64,000 nucleotides of DNA from contig CAVXRD010000003.1 of NCBI GenBank assembly GCA_963764165.1, forward strand, positions 608,001-672,000, written 5' to 3'. The notes under the pieces were generated by a model that was not told the origin of the DNA, searched no databases, and saw only the letters and a list, made by a program, of their open reading frames with translations. The DNA is from an uncultured Verrucomicrobiae bacterium. Lineage in GTDB: Bacteria; Verrucomicrobiota; Verrucomicrobiia; Limisphaerales; Palsa-1400. The position numbers and the translations under genes are program-made. Below, piece after piece: positions 55,196 through 64,000 of this stretch. Numbering within the stretch: the stretch's first letter is position 1; each line of letters begins with the position of its first letter.

Positions 55196-56431
55196 ATGCG
55201 CACGATTCACGTATTGCGAAAATTGGATCGCGCCGAATGGGGCGGCACCGAGACCGCCATCGAGCGCCTCTTTGAAGGATTGCGGGCCAACAATGTCGAG
55301 GCTGTTGTCTACAGCCCGAAATTGACGAAACCGTCCGAGAAAGACCCGGCGGATGTTCGCCGCTTTCGCGCCTTCGTGCCGATTGTCGGCCTCTCGGAGC
55401 AGCGCCGGCGGCAGATGGTTTCGGTGGGTGGCAATTTGATGTCGTTCGAGCTCCCAAAAATGCTGTGGAAGGAACGCGATGCCGCCGTCATTCACGCGCA
55501 TACGCTGGGGAGAATTGGAGGCATTGCGCGATTGGTGGCGAAGAAGCGGAAGCTCCCTTTTGTGATTTCGATTCACGGCGGAGTTTTGGATTTGCCGCAA
55601 AAAGTGAAGGAGGAATTCAACACGCCCGAGCGCGATGGTTTCGAATGGGGCCGCGCTTTCGGATGGATTCTTGGCGCGCGCCATTTGTTTCGCGACTCCG
55701 ATTGCATCCTGACCTGCAACGAAAAGGAAGCCGCCCTGCTCCGCCGGCAGCATCCAAATAAACGCGTGGTCGTTCAACCGCACGGCGTGCCGCTGGCGCA
55801 ATATCAAAAGGACTGCCGCGCCGCCGCGCGCGAAGCGTTTCCGCGGATCGTCGGCAGGCAGATGCTTCTCTCGGTCGGCCGCATTGACCCGATCAAAAAC
55901 CAGGGATGGCTTATCGATCAATCGCCGGAAATTTTCAGAAAACATCCCAAAGCCATCCTTGTCCTGGCCGGCCCCTGCACCGACGAGCCGTACGGCGCCG
56001 CCATGGACAAGAAAATCAAAGACCTCGGGCTGCAAGAAAAAGTGTTGTTGACGGGCGGGATGCCGTCCAACGATCCGCGTTTGATCGGGTTGATGCAGGA
56101 ATCCAGCGCGCTGGTGCTGCCCTCGCTTTCGGAAACTTTTGGCTTGGTGATTCTGGAAGCGTGGGCTGCCGGAGCGGTTGTGGTTTCGAGCCGCGCTTCC
56201 GGGCCTTCAGCGCTAATTCGCGACGGGGAAAATGGCTGGCTCTTTGGCCTGGACCAACCGGCGGCCTTTCATGCGGCGATGGACAAGGCGCTGGCCGATC
56301 CCGCCATGGCCCGCGCCATGGCAAAACGCGGGGGTGCGATCAGCGAGCAATACAGCCTCGCCGCCATCGCGGCCCGCGTTAAAAAACTTTACGAAGAACT
56401 TATCCTGGAAAAGCAACAATGCGCTACGTAA
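55196..56431 (+). CDS. Glycosyltransferase family 4
   Basis: GGTE, VGRIDPIKNQ and ETFGLVILEAWAAG motifs. Confidence 0.9.
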   Translation: MRTIHVLRKLDRAEWGGTETAIERLFEGLRANNVEAVVYSPKLTKPSEKDPADVRRFRAFVPIVGLSEQRRRQMVSVGGNLMSFELPKMLWKERDAAVIHAHTLGRIGGIARLVAKKRKLPFVISIHGGVLDLPQKVKEEFNTPERDGFEWGRAFGWILGARHLFRDSDCILTCNEKEAALLRRQHPNKRVVVQPHGVPLAQYQKDCRAAAREAFPRIVGRQMLLSVGRIDPIKNQGWLIDQSPEIFRKHPKAILVLAGPCTDEPYGAAMDKKIKDLGLQEKVLLTGGMPSNDPRLIGLMQESSALVLPSLSETFGLVILEAWAAGAVVVSSRASGPSALIRDGENGWLFGLDQPAAFHAAMDKALADPAMARAMAKRGGAISEQYSLAAIAARVKKLYEELILEKQQCAT

Positions 56432-57240
56432 TCATTCGAGACGATGACACAAACGCCCTGACGCATCCGCATTGCCTGGAGCGGCTCTACCGGCCGTTTT
56501 TGGAGCGCGGCCTGCCCGTCAACCTCGCGACCATTCCTGAAGTCAATACGAATACATTGATGACCGATGGCACGCTTGAGGGCTATCTGTATTTGCGCAA
56601 CGGTGAGAAGGCGAGCAAGCTTCCCATCGGCGCGAACCCCAAGCTGGTCAGTTACCTGCTCCAGAATCCCGGATACCACATCGTCCAGCACGGCTGCCAC
56701 CACGATCAATGGGAGTTCGACAGCAAAGATCGCACAGACGTGGCGCGGCGTCTTGATCACGGCGCGAAGATGCTGATGGAATCCGGTTTCTCGAAGCCCG
56801 ACACCTTCGTGGCCCCTTACGACAAACTTTCCCGCGTCAGCCTGGCGGAAGTGGCCGCAAGGTTTCGCGTTTTGTCGACCGGCTGGTTTGAATTGCGCCG
56901 CCTCCCCTACTCCTGGTGGCCAAAGTTCGCTGTCAAGAAAATGAGCCAGGCTGAGCATTGGCGCGTGGGCCATACGTGGCTCCTGTCCCATCCCGGCTGC
57001 CTGCTCTCGTGCCATCGGCCGGTGCATGAAATCTTGGATGCCATCACCTATTGCGTTGAATCGCGGCCATTGACCGTGCTGGTGACGCATTGGTGGGAAT
57101 ATTTCCGTGATGGCTCACAGCCGAATGAGCCGTTGATTGACGTGCTGCACGAAACCGCGGAGTTTCTGAGCCGCCGGAAGGACATCAAGGTCATTCCGTT
57201 CAGTGAGCTCGCGGCGGGGGCGAATTACGTGCTCAACTAG
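56419..57240 (+). CDS. Polysaccharide deacetylase-like protein (DUF2334 type)
   Basis: IRDDD, QHGCHH, FVAPYD and THWWE motifs. Confidence 0.8.
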   Translation: MRYVIIRDDDTNALTHPHCLERLYRPFLERGLPVNLATIPEVNTNTLMTDGTLEGYLYLRNGEKASKLPIGANPKLVSYLLQNPGYHIVQHGCHHDQWEFDSKDRTDVARRLDHGAKMLMESGFSKPDTFVAPYDKLSRVSLAEVAARFRVLSTGWFELRRLPYSWWPKFAVKKMSQAEHWRVGHTWLLSHPGCLLSCHRPVHEILDAITYCVESRPLTVLVTHWWEYFRDGSQPNEPLIDVLHETAEFLSRRKDIKVIPFSELAAGANYVLN

Positions 57241-58062
57241 GGCCTGTTAACACTAACGTAACGCCTCCACGATGAGCGCGAGGACGACGAATCCGGAGTA
57301 CAACGCATCCAATTTGTCGAAGCGACTGAAGACTCGGCGGTAGCTTTTGAGTCGGCGAAAAAGCCGTTCAATCTCATTGCGGCGTCGGTAAAGGGTTTGG
57401 TCATACTCCCACGGATTTAAGCGTCGGGGGTTAGGAGGAACCACTGGAGCGTAGCCCAATTCCCGCGCCTGTTGCAGAGTCTCGTCCCCTTCATAGGCGC
57501 TGTCCATGATGAGTGGAAGCCCTGCCGGAACCGGCCCGCCCGCCTGCAAAAGCTCGCGTCCTTGCGGCGCGTCCCCCGCCTGGCCGGGGGAAAGCTTGAG
57601 CATTAAGGCGCACTGGGCATTCGCGGCAACCAGATGAATTTTGGTGGTGCAACCGCCTCGGGAGCGCCCGATGGCCTGTGGGCCGTTTTTTTTAGCGCCC
57701 CGGTGCCGTCGGGGTGAACCTTGATCGTCGTGCTGTCCAAGCAGACTTGCTCGATCCGGATCGCCAGGATTTGCTCCTGCTGGAGCCGGGCGAAGACTCG
57801 ATCCAGCACGCCCGCTTTGCTCCAGCGGTTCATGCGGGTGTAGATCGTATGCCAGTTGCCAAAATGTTTTGGCAGGCCGCGCCATTTGCACCCATGCTCC
57901 ACCACATAGAGCAGGGCGTTGAGAAGTTGCAGATTGGTCATGCTCACGTTGCCGCGCTGCCGCGGCAGACAATCAGCAACCCGCTGATATTGACTCTCTG
58001 TAAGCTCCACCCAGCCATTTTGCCTTGTCGCCTATAAAATGTCAATTAGTGTTAACAGGCCC
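57240..58062 (-). mobile_element. IS5-family insertion sequence, copy 2 (823 bp, inverted)
   Basis: Same IRs, TA duplication within a CTAG site, ORF translations identical to copy 1. Confidence 0.93.
57253..58010 (-). CDS. IS5-family transposase (frameshifted ORF pair)
   Basis: Translations identical to 11171-11928. Confidence 0.9.
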
Positions 58063-58165
58063 TAGTCGGATGGGATTTATAGGACGAATGGGACCTGTTC
58101 GCCTAAAATAAAAGAGCCGTTCGGTTTGCGCCGAACGGCCTTCTGCTGGCTAACAACCCCTAATC

Positions 58166-59053
58166 CTACCCCTTTTGCCCTAAAGCCATGGCGGCGCTGC
58201 CTGATCTCTCCCCTGCGCTGCTGATTAAAATTGGCTGGCTCTGCATGGGCTGCGTTTCCGTCCAGCGCGCGATCCAATCGGCGACCCGGTCCATCAGGGT
58301 CACAGGCCGCGCGCTCGTGACGCGGTGCGGTCGAAGCGAGGAAAGCAGAAACGCGTCGGAAACGGTGCTCTGCGAGCCTGTCTGCCAATTGATCAAATTG
58401 CTGCCCCAGGCGATCGAATGATTGATTTGCACATACAGCCCCACGAAGGTGTGCGGCCCCACGATGCTTTGCTTAATCTCAGCTCTCGGATCAACAAATG
58501 CTCCGTTTTCGATAATTGTGCCCGGCCCAATGACGGCATTTGCCCCAATCAATACCCGGTCTCCAATCCAACACGGGCCAATAAGCTTGGCGGTCTTGGC
58601 GATCTGGCTGTGGACACCCACCCAAACGCCCGGCTTGACCTGGCGGATGCCAACACGGTCGGCCTGCAGTGCGCAGGGGACCCAGCGCTCAAGCGCCTTG
58701 TACCAGCCCTCATAACTTCCGAAGAGCGGAAATTCCGGCAGGCCCGGGAAATGATCCATGACAAACGACTCGGCAAGATGCTTCTCGGAGGCTTGCTGGC
58801 GGGTCAATTCGCGTGATTCCGAGACGTGATGCACGGTCAATCCCCAGCGCGAGCCATTTCCCGCCACTTTCCAGATTTCCTCCTGCCGTTCGTGCGCCAG
58901 AAGAACAACCTCTTTCACGCCGACACCAGCAAGATGGCTCAGCCAGTATTCCAGGATGCTCATCCCGAGCGCTTGGGTGAGAGCCAACGGCGTATCTGCC
59001 GCAAGGAGGGGAACCTCCGGGCGATCAGAGGGGCATATCAGTGCCGCCTTCAT
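58166..59053 (-). CDS. Sugar-phosphate nucleotidyltransferase-like protein with left-handed beta-helix; N-terminal motif degenerate
   Basis: MKAALIC..PL..LEYWLSHL..GVKEV..G.GSRWG; hexapeptide repeats; lacks the GxGTRL motif. Confidence 0.7.
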   Translation of the reverse strand: MKAALICPSDRPEVPLLAADTPLALTQALGMSILEYWLSHLAGVGVKEVVLLAHERQEEIWKVAGNGSRWGLTVHHVSESRELTRQQASEKHLAESFVMDHFPGLPEFPLFGSYEGWYKALERWVPCALQADRVGIRQVKPGVWVGVHSQIAKTAKLIGPCWIGDRVLIGANAVIGPGTIIENGAFVDPRAEIKQSIVGPHTFVGLYVQINHSIAWGSNLINWQTGSQSTVSDAFLLSSLRPHRVTSARPVTLMDRVADWIARWTETQPMQSQPILISSAGERSGSAAMALGQKG

Positions 59054-59054
59054 G

Positions 59055-59783
59055 TTAGCAGGCCCCCTTTCCCGAGATCACGGCCGGGAGGGTCTTCGAC
59101 AAGATGGTGATGTCCGTCCAGAGATTCTGCTGCTCGATGTAATCCACATCAAGGCGCACCTGGCCCGTAAAATCGATCTCGGCGCGGCCACTGATCTGCC
59201 AGATGCAGGTGATGCCGGGCTTGACGGCGAGGCGGCGGCGGTCGGCGGGCGTATATTTCGCCACTTCACGCGGCAGCGGCGGGCGCGGCCCGACCAGCGA
59301 CATATCGCCAATGAACACATTATAAAGCTGGGGCAATTCATCGAGCGAGAGCTTGCGCAGCCATTTTCCAACTTTGGTAATGCGTGGGTCGCTCTTGCTC
59401 TTAAAGGTCACGCCGTCTTTGTGGTGATTCTTGGCCAGCACTTCGGCCAGGCGCTTCTCGGCGTCCATGCACATGGAGCGGAGCTTGTACATCTTGAACT
59501 CGCGGCCGTCTTGCCCCACGCGGGTCTGGGTGAAAAAGATGGGGCCATTGTCCTCAATCTTGATCAACACCGCGATCACGGCAAACAGCGGGGCCGTCGC
59601 CAGGAGCAGCGCACCCGAGGCGAGGAGGTCGAGCGTGCGCTTCATAAACCCGGCGCCGTGCTCCATCCATTGGGCGCGGATGCGCTGTTGTTGGACATGC
59701 AGGGTAAACCAGAAGCGCATGAGTGGGTTCTTAGCCAAGGCGCAGCGGCGCAATAGCAGCAAGGTGAGGTCATTCTGTTTCAT
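59055..59783 (-). CDS. Bacterial sugar transferase (initiating phosphoglycosyl transferase)
   Basis: KRTLD, FKMYKLRSM, DPRITKVG, SLDELPQ, GDMSLVGPRP and KPGIT motifs. Confidence 0.93.
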   Translation of the reverse strand: MKQNDLTLLLLRRCALAKNPLMRFWFTLHVQQQRIRAQWMEHGAGFMKRTLDLLASGALLLATAPLFAVIAVLIKIEDNGPIFFTQTRVGQDGREFKMYKLRSMCMDAEKRLAEVLAKNHHKDGVTFKSKSDPRITKVGKWLRKLSLDELPQLYNVFIGDMSLVGPRPPLPREVAKYTPADRRRLAVKPGITCIWQISGRAEIDFTGQVRLDVDYIEQQNLWTDITILSKTLPAVISGKGAC

Positions 59784-61051
59784 AAGCATACCGTGTCGCG
59801 GCTCCGGCGCTGGGCTGCCCGCTGGAGCAATTCCTCCACGGGGCAATTCTGGCGCGAAGCCTGTTGATGGTGTTGACTGAGCAATTCCCGTCCGCGCGAG
59901 CCTAATTGGCGGGCGAGGTTTTTATCCCGGAGCAGCTGTTCGAGGCGCTCCGCAAATCGATCCGTGTCTGCCCAGGGGACCAGGAAGCCATTTTCCCCGT
60001 CGAGCAGCCATTCGCGAATGCCGCCGGCGTCAAATCCGACCACCGGCAATCCGTGGCACATCGCCTCGCGCCCGACCAAACCAAACGGTTCCGGCCAGAC
60101 GGAGCTGACTGCAAGCACTGTGGCTTCCTGATAGAAATTACGAATTTGGTCCCGCGACATGAACCCGTGAAATTTCACCCGATCCTGCAAACCGAGTGAT
60201 TTCGAGAGCTTTTCGCAGTAGGCGCGATGATTGCCGTCGCCGAGGATCGCCGCTTCAAACGGCACGTTCATCTTGGCCAGCGCGCGGAGCAGAAGGTCCA
60301 CTCCCTTGCCGCGGATGATCTGGCCGACGAACAAGATCAGGTTCTTTTCGGCAAAGTTGCTGATGGCGTCATCTGCGCTCGGTTCATGCACGGGCACGCG
60401 CACTTCGATTTTCGAGGTGTCAAAACCGTTGCGGGCCAGCTCCACCTTCTGGTATACCGAGTAAACGAGCAGGCAATCGCAGCGGCGATTGAGCTCAATT
60501 TCCCGTTTCTTGGCTTGGTAGCTGACCCACTTAAAGGGAATCAACCCGTCTGGATTCCGGCCGATGGAGGCCAGGCAGGGGACCACGCAGCGCCAGGAGG
60601 CGGGGCGATTGCAGACTTCGCGGGTGAAATAATTGAATTTGCCGCCGCGCATGCAATACATGCGGTGGTCATGCACGCGGCGAACAACGGGGTGGCCGGA
60701 GTCCAGAAGCTCTTCCAGCACAGCCAAATCAGGAAGGCTATGGAAATAAATGACGTCCGGGTTGAAATTCTGGAGGAGATTGCGCACCATTTCCACTTTG
60801 TTGCGCGCGGCCAGCGCATGGCATTCGGAGAACGTTTGGTCCCAGGCGGCATCATTTTTGCCGGAGCGGGACATATATAGAAGAGAAACCTTGTGGCCTT
60901 TGCTCTTAAGGGAGGTTGCCCCGAGCAGAATGTCCGTTTCCGCGCCGCCCATCGCTCCGCAGTATTGATGAACAAAAAGAATCTTCAGCCGGCGACCCAG
61001 CCCCTGCTGTTCGCTCTGAATTGTTTCATTTCTGTGACATCCGTCATTCAT
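59780..61051 (-). CDS. Glycosyltransferase family 4
   Basis: GGAE, VGQIIRGKG and EPFGLVGREAMCHG motifs. Confidence 0.9.
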   Translation of the reverse strand: MNDGCHRNETIQSEQQGLGRRLKILFVHQYCGAMGGAETDILLGATSLKSKGHKVSLLYMSRSGKNDAAWDQTFSECHALAARNKVEMVRNLLQNFNPDVIYFHSLPDLAVLEELLDSGHPVVRRVHDHRMYCMRGGKFNYFTREVCNRPASWRCVVPCLASIGRNPDGLIPFKWVSYQAKKREIELNRRCDCLLVYSVYQKVELARNGFDTSKIEVRVPVHEPSADDAISNFAEKNLILFVGQIIRGKGVDLLLRALAKMNVPFEAAILGDGNHRAYCEKLSKSLGLQDRVKFHGFMSRDQIRNFYQEATVLAVSSVWPEPFGLVGREAMCHGLPVVGFDAGGIREWLLDGENGFLVPWADTDRFAERLEQLLRDKNLARQLGSRGRELLSQHHQQASRQNCPVEELLQRAAQRRSRDTVCL

Positions 61052-61154
61052 TTCGTCACAGAGGATAGTTGATACGCTTTTCGTGTGTTAGGTGGGTGAA
61101 CGGATAAAACACCCCTCCCTTAGACCCCAAGTCTAATCCCTGATGGGGCAGTCA

Positions 61155-63809
61155 TCACTTCAGCACCACGTTCGTAGTGGCGAACACCCGCTTTCCATCT
61201 GGAAACTGGGCTTCAACCTCGACCCAGAGCGGCTTTCCGGCGTTTTGGCGGGTGGGAGCAAGCGTCAACGAAGGCCCGAAGGAGGGATTCTCCCCATCCG
61301 CCTCCCAAACAACGCGGGCGGATTTGAAATCCATTCCTGGCGAAGTGAGCGTCCACGATTGGCCGGATGCGCTTTCCCCCTTGGCTGCCGCGGGCACGAT
61401 GCTGCCTACCGCGGATTTCCAGGGCTGTGTCTTCAGCGGTGTTTGCGCCATCAGCCACGCCGTATATCCAAGCCCCCGGGCCTGATTCACAATGACGAAT
61501 TCCTGGCTTAAATTGAAACTATCGCTCCAACGATCGTAGAACGGGTAGGGTTGCACCCCATCTCCATCCGAGGGAAACGACAATTCGCCCGGTTCGCGCT
61601 GATATAAGTCCATCCAGCCGATGCCTTCCTGGATGTTTCCGAAGGGAATTCCGCTCGGCGGGAGAACGCGGCGGCTGTTTTGCGCATATTGATCCACCAT
61701 TTCGCGCTGCCGCTTCCATCCGAGGCCGGCCACGTAGGTGACATTGACGGGGTTGCAGCCTTCCTCGTAATTCAAGTTGCTGATCAGGGCGGCGCGCATC
61801 GCCGGGCGCGGATCGTTCAACTCCGGATAATCGAGTTGGAGCGCGACAGCGAGATCAAATGCGGCATCGCTTGAAAAATACCAGCCGGCCGAATTAGCGT
61901 GCTTCGTCTCCTCGGGAAAACTTGTGCCGTAGGCGCTGTGACGGGCGCGGGTCAATTGATCGTCGCCATCGCCGGCGATCTCCGCTTCGCACGCTTCGAG
62001 CAGAAGACGGTTTAATTGCGAGCGCTGCACCCGGCCGCTCCGCGCGGCAAAGGCGTAGCTGCGAATTGCGCAGCCGTAGGAGTCATACAACCGCCACCAA
62101 CCCCAGCGGCGCGTCGCCGGGTCATCGGGACGGAACCAATCCATCAGCGTCTTGTGAATGGCGGGATCGCCGGTGGCCAAATACATTTCGCACGCAGCCC
62201 AGGCCAGTTCGTCATCGTGCATGAACTCGTTGCCGTAGTGGGTGATTTTCTGGTACGCGCCATCTTTGCCGTATTTCGCGATGGCAGCGCTGAGAAACAC
62301 CCAACCCTTTTTCGCTTTTTCCAAATAGAGAGCGGCCGCTTCGGGAAATTGCTTTTTGAAGGTTGGCGAAGTCGCGCATTGCGCAAGCGCGGCGGTGGCG
62401 GCGGCTGTCACGGACGTTGTTTTCGGAAAAACCACCTGCGGGTCGCCTTTATCCGGCGTGACGTTATTTTCGTATTCGCGGTCATGGGGATAGACGAGAA
62501 AATAAAAACCGCCGTCGGCGTCCTGCATGCGGGCGAGAAAATCCGCCTCCCATTTTGCCTCCTGCAAAACATCGCTTTTGCCGTCACCGCTCTCGGGCAA
62601 ACCCAGATTATCGAGTTCGCTCACGCCGGGAAAATTGTCCGCCGCGAACACGAGATGATGAATAAAAGCGGCGCTGTTAATCGTGTACTTGCTGTAATCC
62701 CCCGCGTCGTGGTGGCCCTGATGGACATCCACCGGACCGGGATTCACGAATGGATACAAATCCGCCGCCACACTCTTCAATTCCGGCGCGGTGTGGCGGG
62801 GATTATCGTGGTAATCCGCCGTTTCCTTCGCCAGCACTGCGTTGACCTCCTCGAATTTCGGTGACATGTCCGGAACTTCCGCCGGCGGCAAATGGCACGC
62901 CGCATGGGTGAATCGCGTAAACGGCAATTCATTCGCATCGCCGCAGCGCTGGTGATAGATGCCAAGAGCATAGGTGCGCGCAAAGGCTCCCGCCACGGCA
63001 TCGTCAATCAGAAAAGGAAACGACACGCCAAGCCCCGCGACGGACAACTTGTATTCCCCTGGAGTCTTGAAATCAGAAAAATCCGCCTCCATCACAGCTT
63101 GATAAGCGGAATGAGGAAATCCTTGATCGGGCCGGGGCCTCAGAGCGCCTGTGAAAACAGATTTGCCTGAATGCGCGTCCACAATTTCAAACGCGGTCTT
63201 GCCGGGATCCCCGACGTTCATCTCGCCAAGGCTGCCGAGGTAGTAGCCCACCATGGCTTCCTTGGGGAAATTCGGAAGGTAGCCCGTTTGGTTCACATGA
63301 AGAACCGGGCTCCAGCGATAAGAATCGTTCCTCACGCCATAGTTGACCGTGGCGGGCCATAGTTTGTGAGCGGTGTTCGCTACCGTGACAGTTTCCCTTT
63401 CGGCAACGGGCGAGGCCAGCTCAAGGTATAGATAATTTCCAATGCGCAAATCACGCTTCTTGAACGGCGCGTAAAGAACCCGGCGTTTGAACCCGACTTG
63501 CCTGACATCAATTTTCCTTCCGCCCGCCGAAACGGAAAAATCCCCCGCGCCTGGCAAGTTGGCTCTCCCTGCTGCCTCGACGAAATTCCACTCCGTCACG
63601 GGCGCAGGGTCGGGCTGCTTCGTTGTAATCAGTGTCAGCTCCAAAATCGTAGGAGAGAGAATCCGCAACTGATAAGAACCGACGGCAGGCATCGTCAGCG
63701 GTTCATCGTCGGAGAGGCGCAAAGCGGACTGCGCGGGCGCGCCGTCTGTCATATATAACATCAGCGCGGCTGCCAGAAGCCCTCTGGCAAAAATAGTCCT
63801 TGGCATCAT
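61155..63809 (-). CDS. Secreted glycoside hydrolase family 9 protein
   Basis: Signal peptide; VNQTGY, YHQRCG, GHHDAGDYSKY, DELAWAA and G.NP motifs. Confidence 0.85.
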   Translation of the reverse strand: MMPRTIFARGLLAAALMLYMTDGAPAQSALRLSDDEPLTMPAVGSYQLRILSPTILELTLITTKQPDPAPVTEWNFVEAAGRANLPGAGDFSVSAGGRKIDVRQVGFKRRVLYAPFKKRDLRIGNYLYLELASPVAERETVTVANTAHKLWPATVNYGVRNDSYRWSPVLHVNQTGYLPNFPKEAMVGYYLGSLGEMNVGDPGKTAFEIVDAHSGKSVFTGALRPRPDQGFPHSAYQAVMEADFSDFKTPGEYKLSVAGLGVSFPFLIDDAVAGAFARTYALGIYHQRCGDANELPFTRFTHAACHLPPAEVPDMSPKFEEVNAVLAKETADYHDNPRHTAPELKSVAADLYPFVNPGPVDVHQGHHDAGDYSKYTINSAAFIHHLVFAADNFPGVSELDNLGLPESGDGKSDVLQEAKWEADFLARMQDADGGFYFLVYPHDREYENNVTPDKGDPQVVFPKTTSVTAAATAALAQCATSPTFKKQFPEAAALYLEKAKKGWVFLSAAIAKYGKDGAYQKITHYGNEFMHDDELAWAACEMYLATGDPAIHKTLMDWFRPDDPATRRWGWWRLYDSYGCAIRSYAFAARSGRVQRSQLNRLLLEACEAEIAGDGDDQLTRARHSAYGTSFPEETKHANSAGWYFSSDAAFDLAVALQLDYPELNDPRPAMRAALISNLNYEEGCNPVNVTYVAGLGWKRQREMVDQYAQNSRRVLPPSGIPFGNIQEGIGWMDLYQREPGELSFPSDGDGVQPYPFYDRWSDSFNLSQEFVIVNQARGLGYTAWLMAQTPLKTQPWKSAVGSIVPAAAKGESASGQSWTLTSPGMDFKSARVVWEADGENPSFGPSLTLAPTRQNAGKPLWVEVEAQFPDGKRVFATTNVVLK

Positions 63810-63887
63810 AGCTGATTAGGAGATTGCCACATAAAAAATCCGATGAGCATTAGGCAAACTGCCCATTGGTGTCTCAGGGAACAGCGA

Positions 63888-64000
63888 TTAGGTTCTCGCC
63901 ATGTTGTTGAGCACGTTGGCCGCAACCGCGCCAAGGAGTGTCGGACAGATCCAATTTACCATTATGGACGAGAAGCGCATCGGGATAATTTTGAAAAAGG
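63888..64000 (-). CDS. Possible 3' end of a gene entering from the right edge
   Basis: Open frame ...NWICPTLLGAVAANVLNNMART*; another frame is also open, so uncertain. Confidence 0.25.
   Translation of the reverse strand, partial: FFKIIPMRFSSIMVNWICPTLLGAVAANVLNNMART

Noticed and set aside
1..64000. CRISPR array, rRNA or reverse transcriptase
   Set aside because: No regularly spaced repeat-spacer array, rRNA-like sequence or RT-like ORF was seen

Overview
GC-rich bacterial chromosome segment; gene content and protein style suggest Verrucomicrobiota (Pedosphaera/Limisphaerales-like), which is an inference. In order it contains: (1) an aa3-type cytochrome c oxidase biogenesis and structural cluster; (2) a BspA-type LRR surface protein; (3) an IS5-family element; (4) tRNA-Asn(GTT) with a ~10.1 kb AT-rich integrated island (12131-22235) bounded by a 25-bp direct repeat; (5) hydrolase, GH51 and NUDIX genes; (6) rpsL-rpsG-fusA-rpsJ-rplC-rplD-rplW, ending without rplB; (7) a small AT-rich islet; (8) an ECF sigma/Ser-Thr kinase/surface protein module; (9) an RRM protein and small Cys/His-rich secreted proteins; (10) ElaB/YqjE-type stress genes; (11) an exopolysaccharide locus with a Wzc-Wza-like fusion, a second IS copy and a GH9. 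The best candidate for an undescribed system is the island. It encodes an atypical tyrosine integrase with paired arm-like sites, a two-gene operon for an ADP-ribosyltransferase-like protein and a stand-alone family-A-polymerase-like protein with an AT-rich hairpin inside its 5' end, and a convergent RelA/SpoT small alarmone synthetase plus class III cyclase-like cargo pair. All calls come from reading motifs by eye; no database searches were run.
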